From a virus: DNA of 64,000 nucleotides. Below the pieces are notes generated by a model. It searched no databases, was not told the DNA's origin, and was given only the letters and a program-made list of their open reading frames with translations. Where the stretch lies: IMG/VR virus record IMGVR_UViG_3300020183_000008, positions 1-64,000 of that record, one strand, 5' to 3'. Each line of letters opens with the position of its first letter. Within the stretch, counting starts at the first letter, position 1. Positions 25,243 to 35,047 of this stretch are shown one piece after another. Made by a program: the position numbers and the translations under genes.

Positions 25243-26163
25243 TCAGAGACTTTCTATCAAAGCTGCCCATTTTTGTGCAATTTGAAATGAAGTGAACTCT
25301 TTTGATTTCTCATACCCTAAACTTAGAATCTTTAGTCTACCAGCTTCAGAAAGAGATGATATTCTAATCAAATTCGAAGTGATAGATTCAAAATTATGGT
25401 AGATAAATCCGTTCAAACCGTGGGTAATGGCGTTTCTATAGGATGGAATCGGAGCGGCGAGAGGTATTAACCCGTTCGCCCAGGATGTAATCACTTTGAT
25501 CAAACTTTTATTGACACCTGTGTTGAAATCATGGGCACACAAAGCCACATGAGCTTCCTGATATGGATTCAACCACCAATAAGGATTACCACCATAATCA
25601 TCAGAATCCCTGAAATAATCCCGACCATCGTTAGGGTATCCGATAACTTTTAAATGCCAGCCCGCATTTTCAATATGAGGTCGATACATTTCAGCTAAAC
25701 TGGGGTTACCACCTGAATATACGACTGTATTTAAATTATGTTTTTTCGGTCGAGGCATCGAGAAAAAAACATCATCAGCGGGGTCATCGATATGATAGCA
25801 GTGACCCATCTTGTTGAGAGTCTCCGTTGTATACGCAAGATTGGCGCTGACACATACGACGCCATCAACGGATGAGAAAATTTCTTTCTGTAAAGGAAAG
25901 CCAAAAATCGACTCCATGTGATGGAATAAAGTTTTTGTACCTTTAGCTTTCAAATATTCAATAGCTGAAAAAGTTTGTTCATCAACTGAACAAAAAATAG
26001 CAGCATCATAGTTGTCGAGATGAAGCGAGTTAGGGTGTACTATTCGACTGTCCCAACCCATCAGATTAAATTGGGTGTGAATCAAATTTTTGATGCGTAG
26101 ATTTGGATCCTTGAGATTAAAATAAGGTGCATCAAAAACCCAAGCTACTTTTTTGAAACTCAT
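25243..26163 (-). CDS. GT-B fold glycosyltransferase-like protein
   Basis: Start moved to MSFKKV (ATGA overlap with the upstream stop); KVITSWANGLIPLAAPIPSYRNAITHGLNGFI; ends F...IAQKW like GT4 enzymes. Confidence 0.75.
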   Translation of the reverse strand: MSFKKVAWVFDAPYFNLKDPNLRIKNLIHTQFNLMGWDSRIVHPNSLHLDNYDAAIFCSVDEQTFSAIEYLKAKGTKTLFHHMESIFGFPLQKEIFSSVDGVVCVSANLAYTTETLNKMGHCYHIDDPADDVFFSMPRPKKHNLNTVVYSGGNPSLAEMYRPHIENAGWHLKVIGYPNDGRDYFRDSDDYGGNPYWWLNPYQEAHVALCAHDFNTGVNKSLIKVITSWANGLIPLAAPIPSYRNAITHGLNGFIYHNFESITSNLIRISSLSEAGRLKILSLGYEKSKEFTSFQIAQKWAALIESL

Positions 26164-26753
26164 AGCAAACCTAGTCTCTTTCGTTCTTGAGTCCAAAAGT
26201 CAGGTTTTACAACGCGAATTTTATAACGAATTTCATCGACTACATTCCAATAGGCTAATCTTGTTTTTTGTTGGACTTCAGGGGACTCCTGATAGAGATA
26301 TTCATATTCAGGAAAATAACCGAACTGAATTTCTTCAACTTCCAACGTGCATTTCAACCAAAATTCAGAAATGCTTCCCTTACGAACAAGAGTATTTCCA
26401 CAAGGCTTGTGAGTTGGGCTGAAGAAAGAAAAAGTGAATTCGTTGAATCTATTATTCGTATGGAAAGGATTCGCTACGGTGTGATGTGTATGCGCATACG
26501 GAACTTTGATATTCCAGATGATGTCTGGTTTAGACACACGCCACATCTCTTCTAAACAATGAACAAACCCTTTGACAGGATCGAGATGCTCCAAACAGTG
26601 AGATGAGTACAGCTCATCTACTGAATCATCCTCGAAAGGCAGAGGCTCTGTATTCAAGTCTACAACTCGGTGCACGCATGGATGCTCGAAACAATCAATA
26701 TTGATATAACCCGCAAGAGGAATCGGACCACCACCAAGTTCAATTTTTACCAT
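26160..26753 (-). CDS. SAM-dependent methyltransferase (Methyltransf_11-like)
   Basis: IELGGG...GYINID, LPFEDDSVDELYSSHCLEHL, EEMWRVSKP. Confidence 0.85.
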   Translation of the reverse strand: MVKIELGGGPIPLAGYINIDCFEHPCVHRVVDLNTEPLPFEDDSVDELYSSHCLEHLDPVKGFVHCLEEMWRVSKPDIIWNIKVPYAHTHHTVANPFHTNNRFNEFTFSFFSPTHKPCGNTLVRKGSISEFWLKCTLEVEEIQFGYFPEYEYLYQESPEVQQKTRLAYWNVVDEIRYKIRVVKPDFWTQERKRLGLL

Positions 26754-28024
26754 TGTATTACTCCTAAACCACGTCCTAGTTTGAATTCGTAGTAATGTTT
26801 GCCTTTTTTATATTTTTCAAAGACTTCTTTTTTATCCGATTGAGTCCCACTGATAAATAAGTAACCACCCTCTTTTAGACTTGCCAAAGCCTCTGCGTAC
26901 TTCAAATCAGTCAAAAGGCTGTCGGAAAAATGTAACCAATCGACTGAATTAGGTTTCAAACTTTCCCAACGGGTTTCTGATGAAAAATTTGAATAGGTAG
27001 TATTCGTCGATGATAAAACTCCAACGGATCTAGCAATAGTATTCAGACCGCTTTGCAAGATAGCTTCACAAACTGTGAAATACAGAGTGCCCCTTTGGGT
27101 TCCGACCTCTAAAAACGATCCTTCTTTATTCTTCAGAAGCACTGAAAAAATCTGATAGAAAGGCTCGACGAGAGAAGAGAATTCGCAGCCTTTTAACCAG
27201 TTTAAGTCCGGTGTTTTTACGCAGCGACTTTCTTTCAAAACTGTTTCAAGATCAGATCCTTCACCCATCCTCAAACTTTCCAATTTGCGCGTGAGATTGT
27301 CAGCTTTAGTAGCTTTGGTGAACGAGCTAGGGTTATCTTGATTCGGATGTATATTCTCCATTTGAGGAGTCCATTTCATCCAAATTTTATCATACCAGAC
27401 GCTCTTGATGTCTTCGGCATGACTGAACGTCGTGATTTTTCGCAACATCTTCTCATCACTTCGAACATAAGAAAAATGATGGCAGATTAGCTCATCAGGG
27501 TAAAAAGTATGCCACGTATGACCGTGCTCTACGATTACAGCACGAGCTTTTGAAAAGCGCACAGACCCATCAGTTTTCGTAAAAGAGGGTAAAGCCTCGA
27601 CGAGATTAGCGACTGCCCATGAGCGAGTTTTCCAATAAACTTGATGCGGTGATAGGTACACTGAATGTATGTCGTTTTTGATTCTCTGAATTTGTATATG
27701 CAAATCACTGTGGTTGTACATCTCATCATCATCAACGATGAAACACCAACCAATACCTTTTTCTCTCAAATAGTGAAGACCAAAATTTCTTTGATCCTCT
27801 TCTGTCTTCCACGAACTGGAAACAATTTCTATTTTTTTGAGAGGATCGTAGATATTCAAAATAGTTTGATAGGTACTCAACAAACCTGCATCGTTTACTG
27901 AACCATTCCAAGGATGGAAATTCAGTAAAAAAACAATCTTATCTACGCAATAGTAACACCGTCTTACAGACTCGGCAAGATACCCTGAATCTTCGTACAC
28001 GACGTAAACAGCAGCGACCTTCAT
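26747..28024 (-). CDS. GT2-like glycosyltransferase fused to a degenerate methyltransferase-like domain
   Basis: QRNFGL, IVDDDEMY, HHFSYVR, KITTFSHA; C-terminal FLEVGTQRG and LKEGGYL; AGGAG SD. Confidence 0.75.
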   Translation of the reverse strand: MKVAAVYVVYEDSGYLAESVRRCYYCVDKIVFLLNFHPWNGSVNDAGLLSTYQTILNIYDPLKKIEIVSSSWKTEEDQRNFGLHYLREKGIGWCFIVDDDEMYNHSDLHIQIQRIKNDIHSVYLSPHQVYWKTRSWAVANLVEALPSFTKTDGSVRFSKARAVIVEHGHTWHTFYPDELICHHFSYVRSDEKMLRKITTFSHAEDIKSVWYDKIWMKWTPQMENIHPNQDNPSSFTKATKADNLTRKLESLRMGEGSDLETVLKESRCVKTPDLNWLKGCEFSSLVEPFYQIFSVLLKNKEGSFLEVGTQRGTLYFTVCEAILQSGLNTIARSVGVLSSTNTTYSNFSSETRWESLKPNSVDWLHFSDSLLTDLKYAEALASLKEGGYLFISGTQSDKKEVFEKYKKGKHYYEFKLGRGLGVIQW

Positions 28025-28047
28025 TGAATCTCCTATAATTTCTCATT

Positions 28048-28389
28048 ATGGTAGACAAAATTCGAGTGGTCAAGAAGATAGAAATTTCGGCGGAAAAGAT
28101 TAAAAAGGTCAGGGCTCAGAAACGGCTCACTGTCTTTTGGCAGATAATTTTTGAAAATTTCAAGGGTAAAAAATTCAAAATAAATGTCTCAAAAATACGA
28201 GTGGGTAGTGACCTAGCAAAATTACTGAACAAAAACCCATGGGCTTGGTTCGATGTAGGACCTTGTATCAACAAAAACATACCTCAAAAAAAAGATGTGT
28301 TTATTGTTGAGATTTGCGCGGGTTGGAACCTGATTCGAAGAAAAACAGCGGAGGAAAGGGTTAAAGAAATGCTTACAGGTCAAACGTGA
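28048..28389 (+). CDS. Hypothetical basic protein
   Basis: 113-aa ORF overlapping the next gene; TATAAT 8 nt upstream. Confidence 0.6.
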   Translation: MVDKIRVVKKIEISAEKIKKVRAQKRLTVFWQIIFENFKGKKFKINVSKIRVGSDLAKLLNKNPWAWFDVGPCINKNIPQKKDVFIVEICAGWNLIRRKTAEERVKEMLTGQT

Positions 28390-28850
28390 TGCACGCGGTC
28401 GTAGTCGCTGAAAAGATAGAAAATCTGGATGAATACTTATCAAGCCTCGATTTAGAATCTTGTGATCTGTATGTGCAAGAATGGTCGAAAAAAAGTATTA
28501 TTTTAGAATGCCTTCAAATCATCAAGAATAATTTCAAAAATGATGTATATTTAATCACAAAAAACATCCCTATCCCCGATTGGGCTTTTGAATTAGGTGC
28601 CACTGTATCTGTCTTATGGGATGATCAAAATCCCTCAGATTTAGCTGTTTGTAGTGGTGAGATAGAGATTGACTTATTTTCTAGCAAAAATCTGCATGTT
28701 TTAGATAACTTAAAAAATATCAAACACTTTTTATCCTTTGAAGACATCAAAGTTAATAAAAAGTGCCTAAAAAAGAATAAAAGAGAAATAGCCGTTATAC
28801 AGAACGCTGACTCAATAAATACAAATGACCCTCATGGTTATTTGCAATAG
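28386..28850 (+). CDS. Hypothetical protein
   Basis: 154-aa ORF, GTGA overlap. Confidence 0.6.
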   Translation: MMHAVVVAEKIENLDEYLSSLDLESCDLYVQEWSKKSIILECLQIIKNNFKNDVYLITKNIPIPDWAFELGATVSVLWDDQNPSDLAVCSGEIEIDLFSSKNLHVLDNLKNIKHFLSFEDIKVNKKCLKKNKREIAVIQNADSINTNDPHGYLQ

Positions 28851-29208
28851 AAGCCATTAAATCGTTGCACCCGAGAGAACAATCTTTCGCTTCAACTTCA
28901 AGAAAATCTATAAGGTCTTGTTCAAGAAGAATCGCTTCATTTACGAACTCAACATTCTCTTTACACTCATACCGCAGTTTTTTTGCTTCTTCTGTAACTT
29001 TTTCCAAAACAGCGGGCAGATTAACAACTGCTCTGTTTTTAGTCAAAGCAATAGCTTTTTCTGCAACCCCATCGATTTCCGCATTCACGGAGTTATAAAG
29101 TCTCTCGAACAGCAAGTGATCTTGATAGAACAAAGAGCCTTTCACAGTCCAATGCGCGGTTTGATAATACAAAGCAAGAAGGCGAAGTTTCACAAGTAAT
29201 TCAAACAT
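28795..29208 (-). CDS. Dps/ferritin-like protein
   Basis: YQTAHWTVKGSLFYQDHLLFERLY...EIDGVAEK matches the Dps HW-x-V-x-G-x2-F-x3-H-x2-F-E pattern; ATG start placed at 29208. Confidence 0.8.
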   Translation of the reverse strand: MFELLVKLRLLALYYQTAHWTVKGSLFYQDHLLFERLYNSVNAEIDGVAEKAIALTKNRAVVNLPAVLEKVTEEAKKLRYECKENVEFVNEAILLEQDLIDFLEVEAKDCSLGCNDLMASIANNHEGHLYLLSQRSV

Positions 29209-29348
29209 AATTAACAATCCTAACAATATCGTTTTAGAGTTTTTATAAAAAGATACATTTGTTTATATCCGCACACCTATAGTAGACAAAAAAAGAATAA
29301 AAAAGTCAGAACTGTAAAAGGCTTGAGTTTTTTGGCAGTGGAAGGGTG

Positions 29349-29376
29349 TTGACTTTATTCATTTCTCCGATAACCT
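29349..29376 (+). promoter_or_regulatory. Possible sigma70-type promoter
   Basis: TTGACT-N16-TAACCT about 20 nt upstream of the ATG at 29397. Confidence 0.35.
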
Positions 29377-29396
29377 ACCCTAGACAGGGCGGGTAA

Positions 29397-30110
29397 ATGA
29401 TAATTTTTAAAGACAATCAAGTAGATTTCCCTCTATATGTGATAAAAGATTTTCTGCCTGATCCATATTCACACAGACAAGTTTTACTGAACGCAGAAAT
29501 CTCTAATGTAAAAGGTTTCTTCACAGGTGATAACTTAATAGTAAGTGAAGACTTTTTACAAAGCACCTACAAATCGGTGCTTGAAACAGCTTTTTATATT
29601 TTGAATGATTATGTATGGGTTCCATTTTTAAGCACGGTAGACCAAAATACTGACTTTGAATGGCAAGCTATTCAATTTCGCAGACAAGAAGATGAAAATC
29701 ATAAGTCTATTTTAGCAGCTCATCACGACAGACTTGAGATTTTTGATTTTGACTCAGTAGGTCGACCGATTTTTGCACCATACACATTTTGGAGTTTCAT
29801 ATTTAGCACAACCCCAGAGGAAAAATCAGCAAAACTTTGCTTTTCTGAAAATAGAAAAGGAGAAAGATTCAGTAAAATTGAGCCTTATAAGAAACATTGC
29901 CAACAGGAAATGACAAATTTTGATGAGTGGAAAACCTATAAAGAAGTGGATTATGAATATAATTCAGCAATAATGTTTCCTGCTCATTTTTGGCATAGCG
30001 TAGTGAATATAAAATGTTCGAAAGAAAACCCAAGAACTATTTTTGCTAGTTGGTTCTACTCAGGGTATAACCATAAGTATAATCACTCAGGAATTTCTCA
30101 ACTAACTTAA
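29397..30110 (+). CDS. 2OG-Fe(II) oxygenase-like protein
   Basis: YVIKDFLPDP start, AHHD (HxD), YNSAIMFPAHFWHSV, distal R. Confidence 0.75.
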   Translation: MIIFKDNQVDFPLYVIKDFLPDPYSHRQVLLNAEISNVKGFFTGDNLIVSEDFLQSTYKSVLETAFYILNDYVWVPFLSTVDQNTDFEWQAIQFRRQEDENHKSILAAHHDRLEIFDFDSVGRPIFAPYTFWSFIFSTTPEEKSAKLCFSENRKGERFSKIEPYKKHCQQEMTNFDEWKTYKEVDYEYNSAIMFPAHFWHSVVNIKCSKENPRTIFASWFYSGYNHKYNHSGISQLT

Positions 30111-30168
30111 TCTTTACCTTACCAGATCGTTAAAAATACTCTCGGTGCAATTTGATCAAAAACATTTT

Positions 30169-30738
30169 TTAGCAATCCACACAGTGTTGAAATTTTTTCA
30201 AAGTTTTCATGAATAGGTACATCTGTTTTACAGGATTAGTACCCTCAATCAAAGAAACTTCAGGAGCCATAAATTTATCCCAAATTCTTCTATCACTTGT
30301 CATGTTTTGATAAATAGCCCAGTCAAACCCTGTCCATTGATAATAAATTTGTTCATCCGCAGCATAAACAAACCAAGGACTTACATCTAGCCTCCATCGC
30401 ACCCAAACAAGACTAACAGGATCGTACCTTGCTACATGATTTTCACTATTCGCCCAGTCACCCTCACCATCTGGAGGTAGAATAAAAATTCTGCTCTTAT
30501 CTAAATCCGAAAGTGGATTTGGAGGATATTTTTTTAAATTCCTTACAGAGTCAACTTCTGGACATAAAGGGCTGCCGTCGATAACCACACTTGTCGTGCC
30601 TATAAGACTGTTCTTCGAATCATCCTCAAAGATGTCAATCGATGCAACACACCTACGCTGCCATTTTTCATACGCAAAGTGAGAAATTGTAACAAAAGTT
30701 TCAGGTAGAATAAAATTTTTCAACGACACGAAATGCAC
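30169..30738 (-). CDS. Hypothetical protein, probably tail-fibre associated
   Basis: Abuts the Gly-rich fibre gene; GEGDWA...HVARYD...W and YYQWTGFDW motifs. Confidence 0.6.
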   Translation of the reverse strand: MHFVSLKNFILPETFVTISHFAYEKWQRRCVASIDIFEDDSKNSLIGTTSVVIDGSPLCPEVDSVRNLKKYPPNPLSDLDKSRIFILPPDGEGDWANSENHVARYDPVSLVWVRWRLDVSPWFVYAADEQIYYQWTGFDWAIYQNMTSDRRIWDKFMAPEVSLIEGTNPVKQMYLFMKTLKKFQHCVDC

Positions 30739-30739
30739 C

Positions 30740-32245
30740 TCAATTAAATATTTTATATCTGAAAACTAAAAATCCATCGGAACCATCGGCACCTGAAGCA
30801 CCTACGTTTGCTGAAGTTACAGGGGAATCAGAGCCGACGACACCGCTGGATCCGCGCCCTTGCCCTCCAGCACCTACGCCTGAGTCTTCGGGTGCAGGTG
30901 ACACCTCAACGGTTCTTACTCTATGAAAACCCGCATTGCCGGTTACGTAATAATTTGAACCCTTCCCTCCTGCACTATAACCACTCCCCGCCCCAGAGCC
31001 CCCAGTTGCGGTTGAAGTTCCTATAGGAAGGGCTTCACTTCTTAACCCAGAGATACTTGGGAACAGAGATGGGATATAATTTGATGCTGTTGCTGAACCG
31101 TTACCTCCCGTGCTTCCTGCTCCAGATAAGGTACCTCCACTACCTCCGCCACCTCCAGCATAGGCTTGGTAAACAGAAAAGGTCAAACCTGAGTGAGCGT
31201 TCTCGGACCAATCGTTAGCGCCAAAACCAGGAGAACCTCCTGAAAATTGGTATGGAGTGGACGCACCACCTCTCCCACCGCTGCCGCCGTTACCATTAGA
31301 GCCTCCACCGCTACCGCCGCCACCACCTGCCAAGCCGCTGCCACCATCACCACCAGATTCACCATCTATATTGCTACTTCTTGATCTGGAGACACCGCCT
31401 CCACCACCACCATAGCCTGCACCCCCAGTAGCACCCTGTGTACTGCTCGCACCTACTCCACCATCACCACCCTTCCCACCAGAACCGTAGGTGCCTGCGA
31501 GGTACCCTGTGATTACTATCCCAAGATTCGTAACCTCCCCTATCCCGCCAGAGCCACCAACTACACCACCGGTGCCCCCCAGACCACCAGTGCCAGTGCC
31601 CCCAGTTTTTCCACTAGGCTGAACTGTTGACCCTGAATTTCCGTCATTAGGGGTTCCCGTCGGCAAGGCACCTTGATTCACGGTGCCACTAAAACCACCT
31701 GATCCACCTGAATAAGATGCAACCTTCGCACCATTATTGTCTAATAAATATGTTTCACCGCCTGAAGTTGGCGGGTTGAAATTTTCTAGAGCATTCCCTA
31801 TTGTGCCTTTGGGGCTGCCTCTTGCACCTTTACCACCAATAACTATTTGAAACTGTCCGTTTTGGTAAGCGCCTGAGAAAACAGTAGGGTTACTCAAACT
31901 GGAATAATCGGACAAATTACCTAGACCGCGACTTCCTGCGTAACCTGATGCGCCCCCCTGACCTCCATAAGAGGACTTACCTCCAGCACCCCCTGTCGCA
32001 GCACCACCATTACCACCTGCGCTACCATCGCTTCCCGTTCCTGCCGCTGATGCATCTGGATGTTTCGGACCAAAAGACCCATATAAACCAGCAGAACCGC
32101 CGCCGCCACCACCGATACCCCAAACCTTGATATCGTGCCCCGCAAGATTTGCAGGAAAGATGAAACTCGTTGATGAAGCGAACCGCTGTTCAACTTCAAC
32201 TGTCTTCTGAGTTACCAAAGCACCCATGATGGTTCCAACAAACAT
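30740..32245 (-). CDS. Glycine-rich tail fibre / receptor-binding-like protein
   Basis: IKVWGIGGGGGG start, many GGxGG runs, GADGSDGFLVFRY end. Confidence 0.75.
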   Translation of the reverse strand: MFVGTIMGALVTQKTVEVEQRFASSTSFIFPANLAGHDIKVWGIGGGGGGSAGLYGSFGPKHPDASAAGTGSDGSAGGNGGAATGGAGGKSSYGGQGGASGYAGSRGLGNLSDYSSLSNPTVFSGAYQNGQFQIVIGGKGARGSPKGTIGNALENFNPPTSGGETYLLDNNGAKVASYSGGSGGFSGTVNQGALPTGTPNDGNSGSTVQPSGKTGGTGTGGLGGTGGVVGGSGGIGEVTNLGIVITGYLAGTYGSGGKGGDGGVGASSTQGATGGAGYGGGGGGVSRSRSSNIDGESGGDGGSGLAGGGGGSGGGSNGNGGSGGRGGASTPYQFSGGSPGFGANDWSENAHSGLTFSVYQAYAGGGGGSGGTLSGAGSTGGNGSATASNYIPSLFPSISGLRSEALPIGTSTATGGSGAGSGYSAGGKGSNYYVTGNAGFHRVRTVEVSPAPEDSGVGAGGQGRGSSGVVGSDSPVTSANVGASGADGSDGFLVFRYKIFN

Positions 32246-32246
32246 A

Positions 32247-32723
32247 TTAAACTATCCCATGAATAGGTCCGATGATTGCGATACTTTGACTACCTACGTT
32301 CAAGTCTTGTCCAATACAGAAAACAGTGAATAGAGATGTAGTTGAGGTCATCTGCCCGTTCTGACCAGCTCCGTATTTGATTGGAATAGATGTAACCCCT
32401 GCATCACTAAAAGATGTAATGGTAATAACATCAGAAGATGCGCCAAAAACGAGAATCGAAATTGACTGACCATCACGAATATTATGCACTGCTATAGTGC
32501 GACTACCAGAACGAGCATCTCGAAAAGATGCGCCGAGAGAGGCATCAACAACACCTGTGGTTGTTATCGTTGATCCCAAATCAATATGCCTGTATTTTAC
32601 CGCTAAGTTTCTAATCATATCCGAGGTCACCGAGTTATCATTAAGATAACCTGTCGGTAATCGATCAGTAGGAGTCTTTCTTTTTATTGATGCTAAAGAT
32701 GAAAGTTTTTTAATGATAGGCAT
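32247..32723 (-). CDS. Putative virion structural protein
   Basis: DNSVTSDMIRNLAV fibre-type repeat; position between portal and fibre genes. Confidence 0.55.
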   Translation of the reverse strand: MPIIKKLSSLASIKRKTPTDRLPTGYLNDNSVTSDMIRNLAVKYRHIDLGSTITTTGVVDASLGASFRDARSGSRTIAVHNIRDGQSISILVFGASSDVITITSFSDAGVTSIPIKYGAGQNGQMTSTTSLFTVFCIGQDLNVGSQSIAIIGPIHGIV

Positions 32724-32975
32724 TTAATTAGACCCCTCTTCCGTATCTTCATCTCCAAGAAGCTCCGCTTTCAGTGCATCAATTTCTTCCTGAGAAATTT
32801 CGCGCTGACCCTCATCAAGGAGGGTGTCGATATTATCTAAAAGACTCATCAACTCCACAGGACTGATCGTTGCAGCTTCTTGTATACAAACCATAATGAG
32901 TTTTAATTCATCTTGATTAAGCACACACCTGTCGGTTAAGGCTTTCACATTCTGTATGAACTTCTCAGCAACCAT
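32724..32975 (-). CDS. Hypothetical acidic protein
   Basis: 83-aa ORF, GAGG SD. Confidence 0.6.
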   Translation of the reverse strand: MVAEKFIQNVKALTDRCVLNQDELKLIMVCIQEAATISPVELMSLLDNIDTLLDEGQREISQEEIDALKAELLGDEDTEEGSN

Positions 32976-32996
32976 TAAGACCTCAATATAAACTGA

Positions 32997-34685
32997 TTAA
33001 CTTTTTTTCTTCGCAGCGAAACGAGGATTACCACCATCTTGCTCTGGTGCAGCTTGTTTTTTCAAACCGATATCTTGTAAATGTTTGATGAAAAGGTCTT
33101 CGATGTTTGTTCCATCAGCAATCTTGGTCGCGACAGATTGATGCAAATTACGAAGCATTTCATTGTACGTTGAATCTTTCGGTGTGAAAAGGTCATCCTT
33201 GAGTTCTTTGAACGCAGCCTTGTCATCGATATTGAATAGATCGAGAATATAAGAAACTGGAACGGCACCTTTTTGATACAAATCAAGAAGCTGCCCAAAC
33301 ACTTCCCCGTTGTCTTTCAGTGCTAGACGACTGAAATTCAACTTTGGATAGAGTAGTTTTTTGTTTCCAAAAACATCGATCTCATAAAAACCTTTGCGTT
33401 TAGCGACAGGAGCGAAAATATACTCTTCTACAAAATCAGAAATTATTTCACGTAACTGTAGAAACTCTGTGTTGATAATTTCAAGATTCAGACGATTTCC
33501 TGCGTAGGTACCTTCCCCGCGCAGAATTTCGCTCGTGAAACCCAAAGCAACCATCATCCGCTTTTCGGTTTCTTCGTACTCCGATGTCAAGTCAAGCAAA
33601 CGATCGCTTGAACCGAATTCTTGCCAGTTAATTTCATAGTTAGCGATGATGGAGTAATCAGGGTCTTGCAAAGCTAAGTCCACTTGGGCTCTCAACTCTT
33701 CAACGTGCATTTGGGAAAGATTTTCACCCCAGACCACTCGAATAGGTGTCATGTGACGTGATGCGATGCTGGTCTGCGCTTGACGTAATTTTTCTCGATA
33801 AACCAGAGTGCCTAAAATAGGGTCTAACAACGACTGACCGATATCATCGTAGTAACTACCACCCCGTTTTAAAACATGGATAAAAGAACCCGTATGCGGA
33901 TCAGTGTCGAGTAGAATTTTACCATCCTTCATTGATTCAATGATCGCATCTGGAATATCTGAATCGACTTCCTCAGTCGCGCCCACAGTGTGCTCATGAT
34001 TTTTTGCATGAGCTGGAGGTATGACCTTCACATCAACCTTATCTGAAAACGGATAGGTAGTGACCTCGACAGAATCCGGAGGTAGGATGATAATTCGACT
34101 CCAACCACCATATTGCTTATTTCTATCGTATCTATCAACTGACAAAGGTTTGTCCTTAGAGAGCTGTTTTTTCTGCTCTGAAAGGGCTTCTTCGATTTCT
34201 TTGTCTAATTCTTTTATACTATCTTCGATTTCGGAATCTTCTATGAAAGGGTACGCAACCCCATGAAGATAGTATTCATAAACGATTTGACAAAGGCGTT
34301 CAAATAACCTCACTTTTTTGCACATTTTTTCAAAAAAGTTAAGAATAAATTGACACTGTTCAACATCACGACCATCCGGAGCGGAAAGACGCGTTTTAGA
34401 TAAAGGGATAGAAACTTTTAACTCTAAAGCCCTAGAAATAAATTCATCAGAAGATGCCAAATAACGATAAACAGCTCTTTTTTCTTTGAGGTTCTGCGGC
34501 TTTTCAAGAAAGTCGGTGCCTAGCTGAAAAGAAAAAATATTATTAGCACCAGATGACATGACATCAGCAGCAACGCGTTTGTTCATGTTCTGCGATGCGG
34601 TAGCATATTTCACATATCGTTTAGAACGAGATGGGTGCGGGTTCTTATCGGTTTGAATCACACTTCTTTTTTTACGTTCCGCCAT
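32997..34685 (-). CDS. Putative portal protein
   Basis: 562 aa, two genes downstream of TerL; EYYLHGVAYPF, ILPPDSVEV, GQSLL and MVALG features typical of portals. Confidence 0.7.
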   Translation of the reverse strand: MAERKKRSVIQTDKNPHPSRSKRYVKYATASQNMNKRVAADVMSSGANNIFSFQLGTDFLEKPQNLKEKRAVYRYLASSDEFISRALELKVSIPLSKTRLSAPDGRDVEQCQFILNFFEKMCKKVRLFERLCQIVYEYYLHGVAYPFIEDSEIEDSIKELDKEIEEALSEQKKQLSKDKPLSVDRYDRNKQYGGWSRIIILPPDSVEVTTYPFSDKVDVKVIPPAHAKNHEHTVGATEEVDSDIPDAIIESMKDGKILLDTDPHTGSFIHVLKRGGSYYDDIGQSLLDPILGTLVYREKLRQAQTSIASRHMTPIRVVWGENLSQMHVEELRAQVDLALQDPDYSIIANYEINWQEFGSSDRLLDLTSEYEETEKRMMVALGFTSEILRGEGTYAGNRLNLEIINTEFLQLREIISDFVEEYIFAPVAKRKGFYEIDVFGNKKLLYPKLNFSRLALKDNGEVFGQLLDLYQKGAVPVSYILDLFNIDDKAAFKELKDDLFTPKDSTYNEMLRNLHQSVATKIADGTNIEDLFIKHLQDIGLKKQAAPEQDGGNPRFAAKKKS

Positions 34686-35047
34686 TATTCCACCCCATCC
34701 TCTTCAGGTTTTAATTGGAGGATTTTATTTCTAACATTCTTATCAATCTTATTAGATGATTGATTACTTGAATTTTCCATTTTTAATTCAGGGAATCTTA
34801 CATTTGCAAGATGTTTAAGCACAACTTGTAAAGATGATATTTTTCTGTTCAAGCGAATCAATTCATTTTCGGCTGAACGAATCAGACTTTGATCTTGAAA
34901 ATTATCAGCGTACTGGTCACGATAAAACTTCTGAATATCAGAAACTTTTGCTGTCAGCTCATGCAAATCGCGCTCAATACGAGATGCATTTTCACAAACT
35001 TGCTTATGGTGATTTTTCGCTGAGGTTTGGTTAGACAACCTTTTCAT
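34685..35047 (-). CDS. Hypothetical coiled-coil protein
   Basis: 120-aa ORF coupled to both TerL and portal. Confidence 0.6.
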   Translation of the reverse strand: MKRLSNQTSAKNHHKQVCENASRIERDLHELTAKVSDIQKFYRDQYADNFQDQSLIRSAENELIRLNRKISSLQVVLKHLANVRFPELKMENSSNQSSNKIDKNVRNKILQLKPEEDGVE

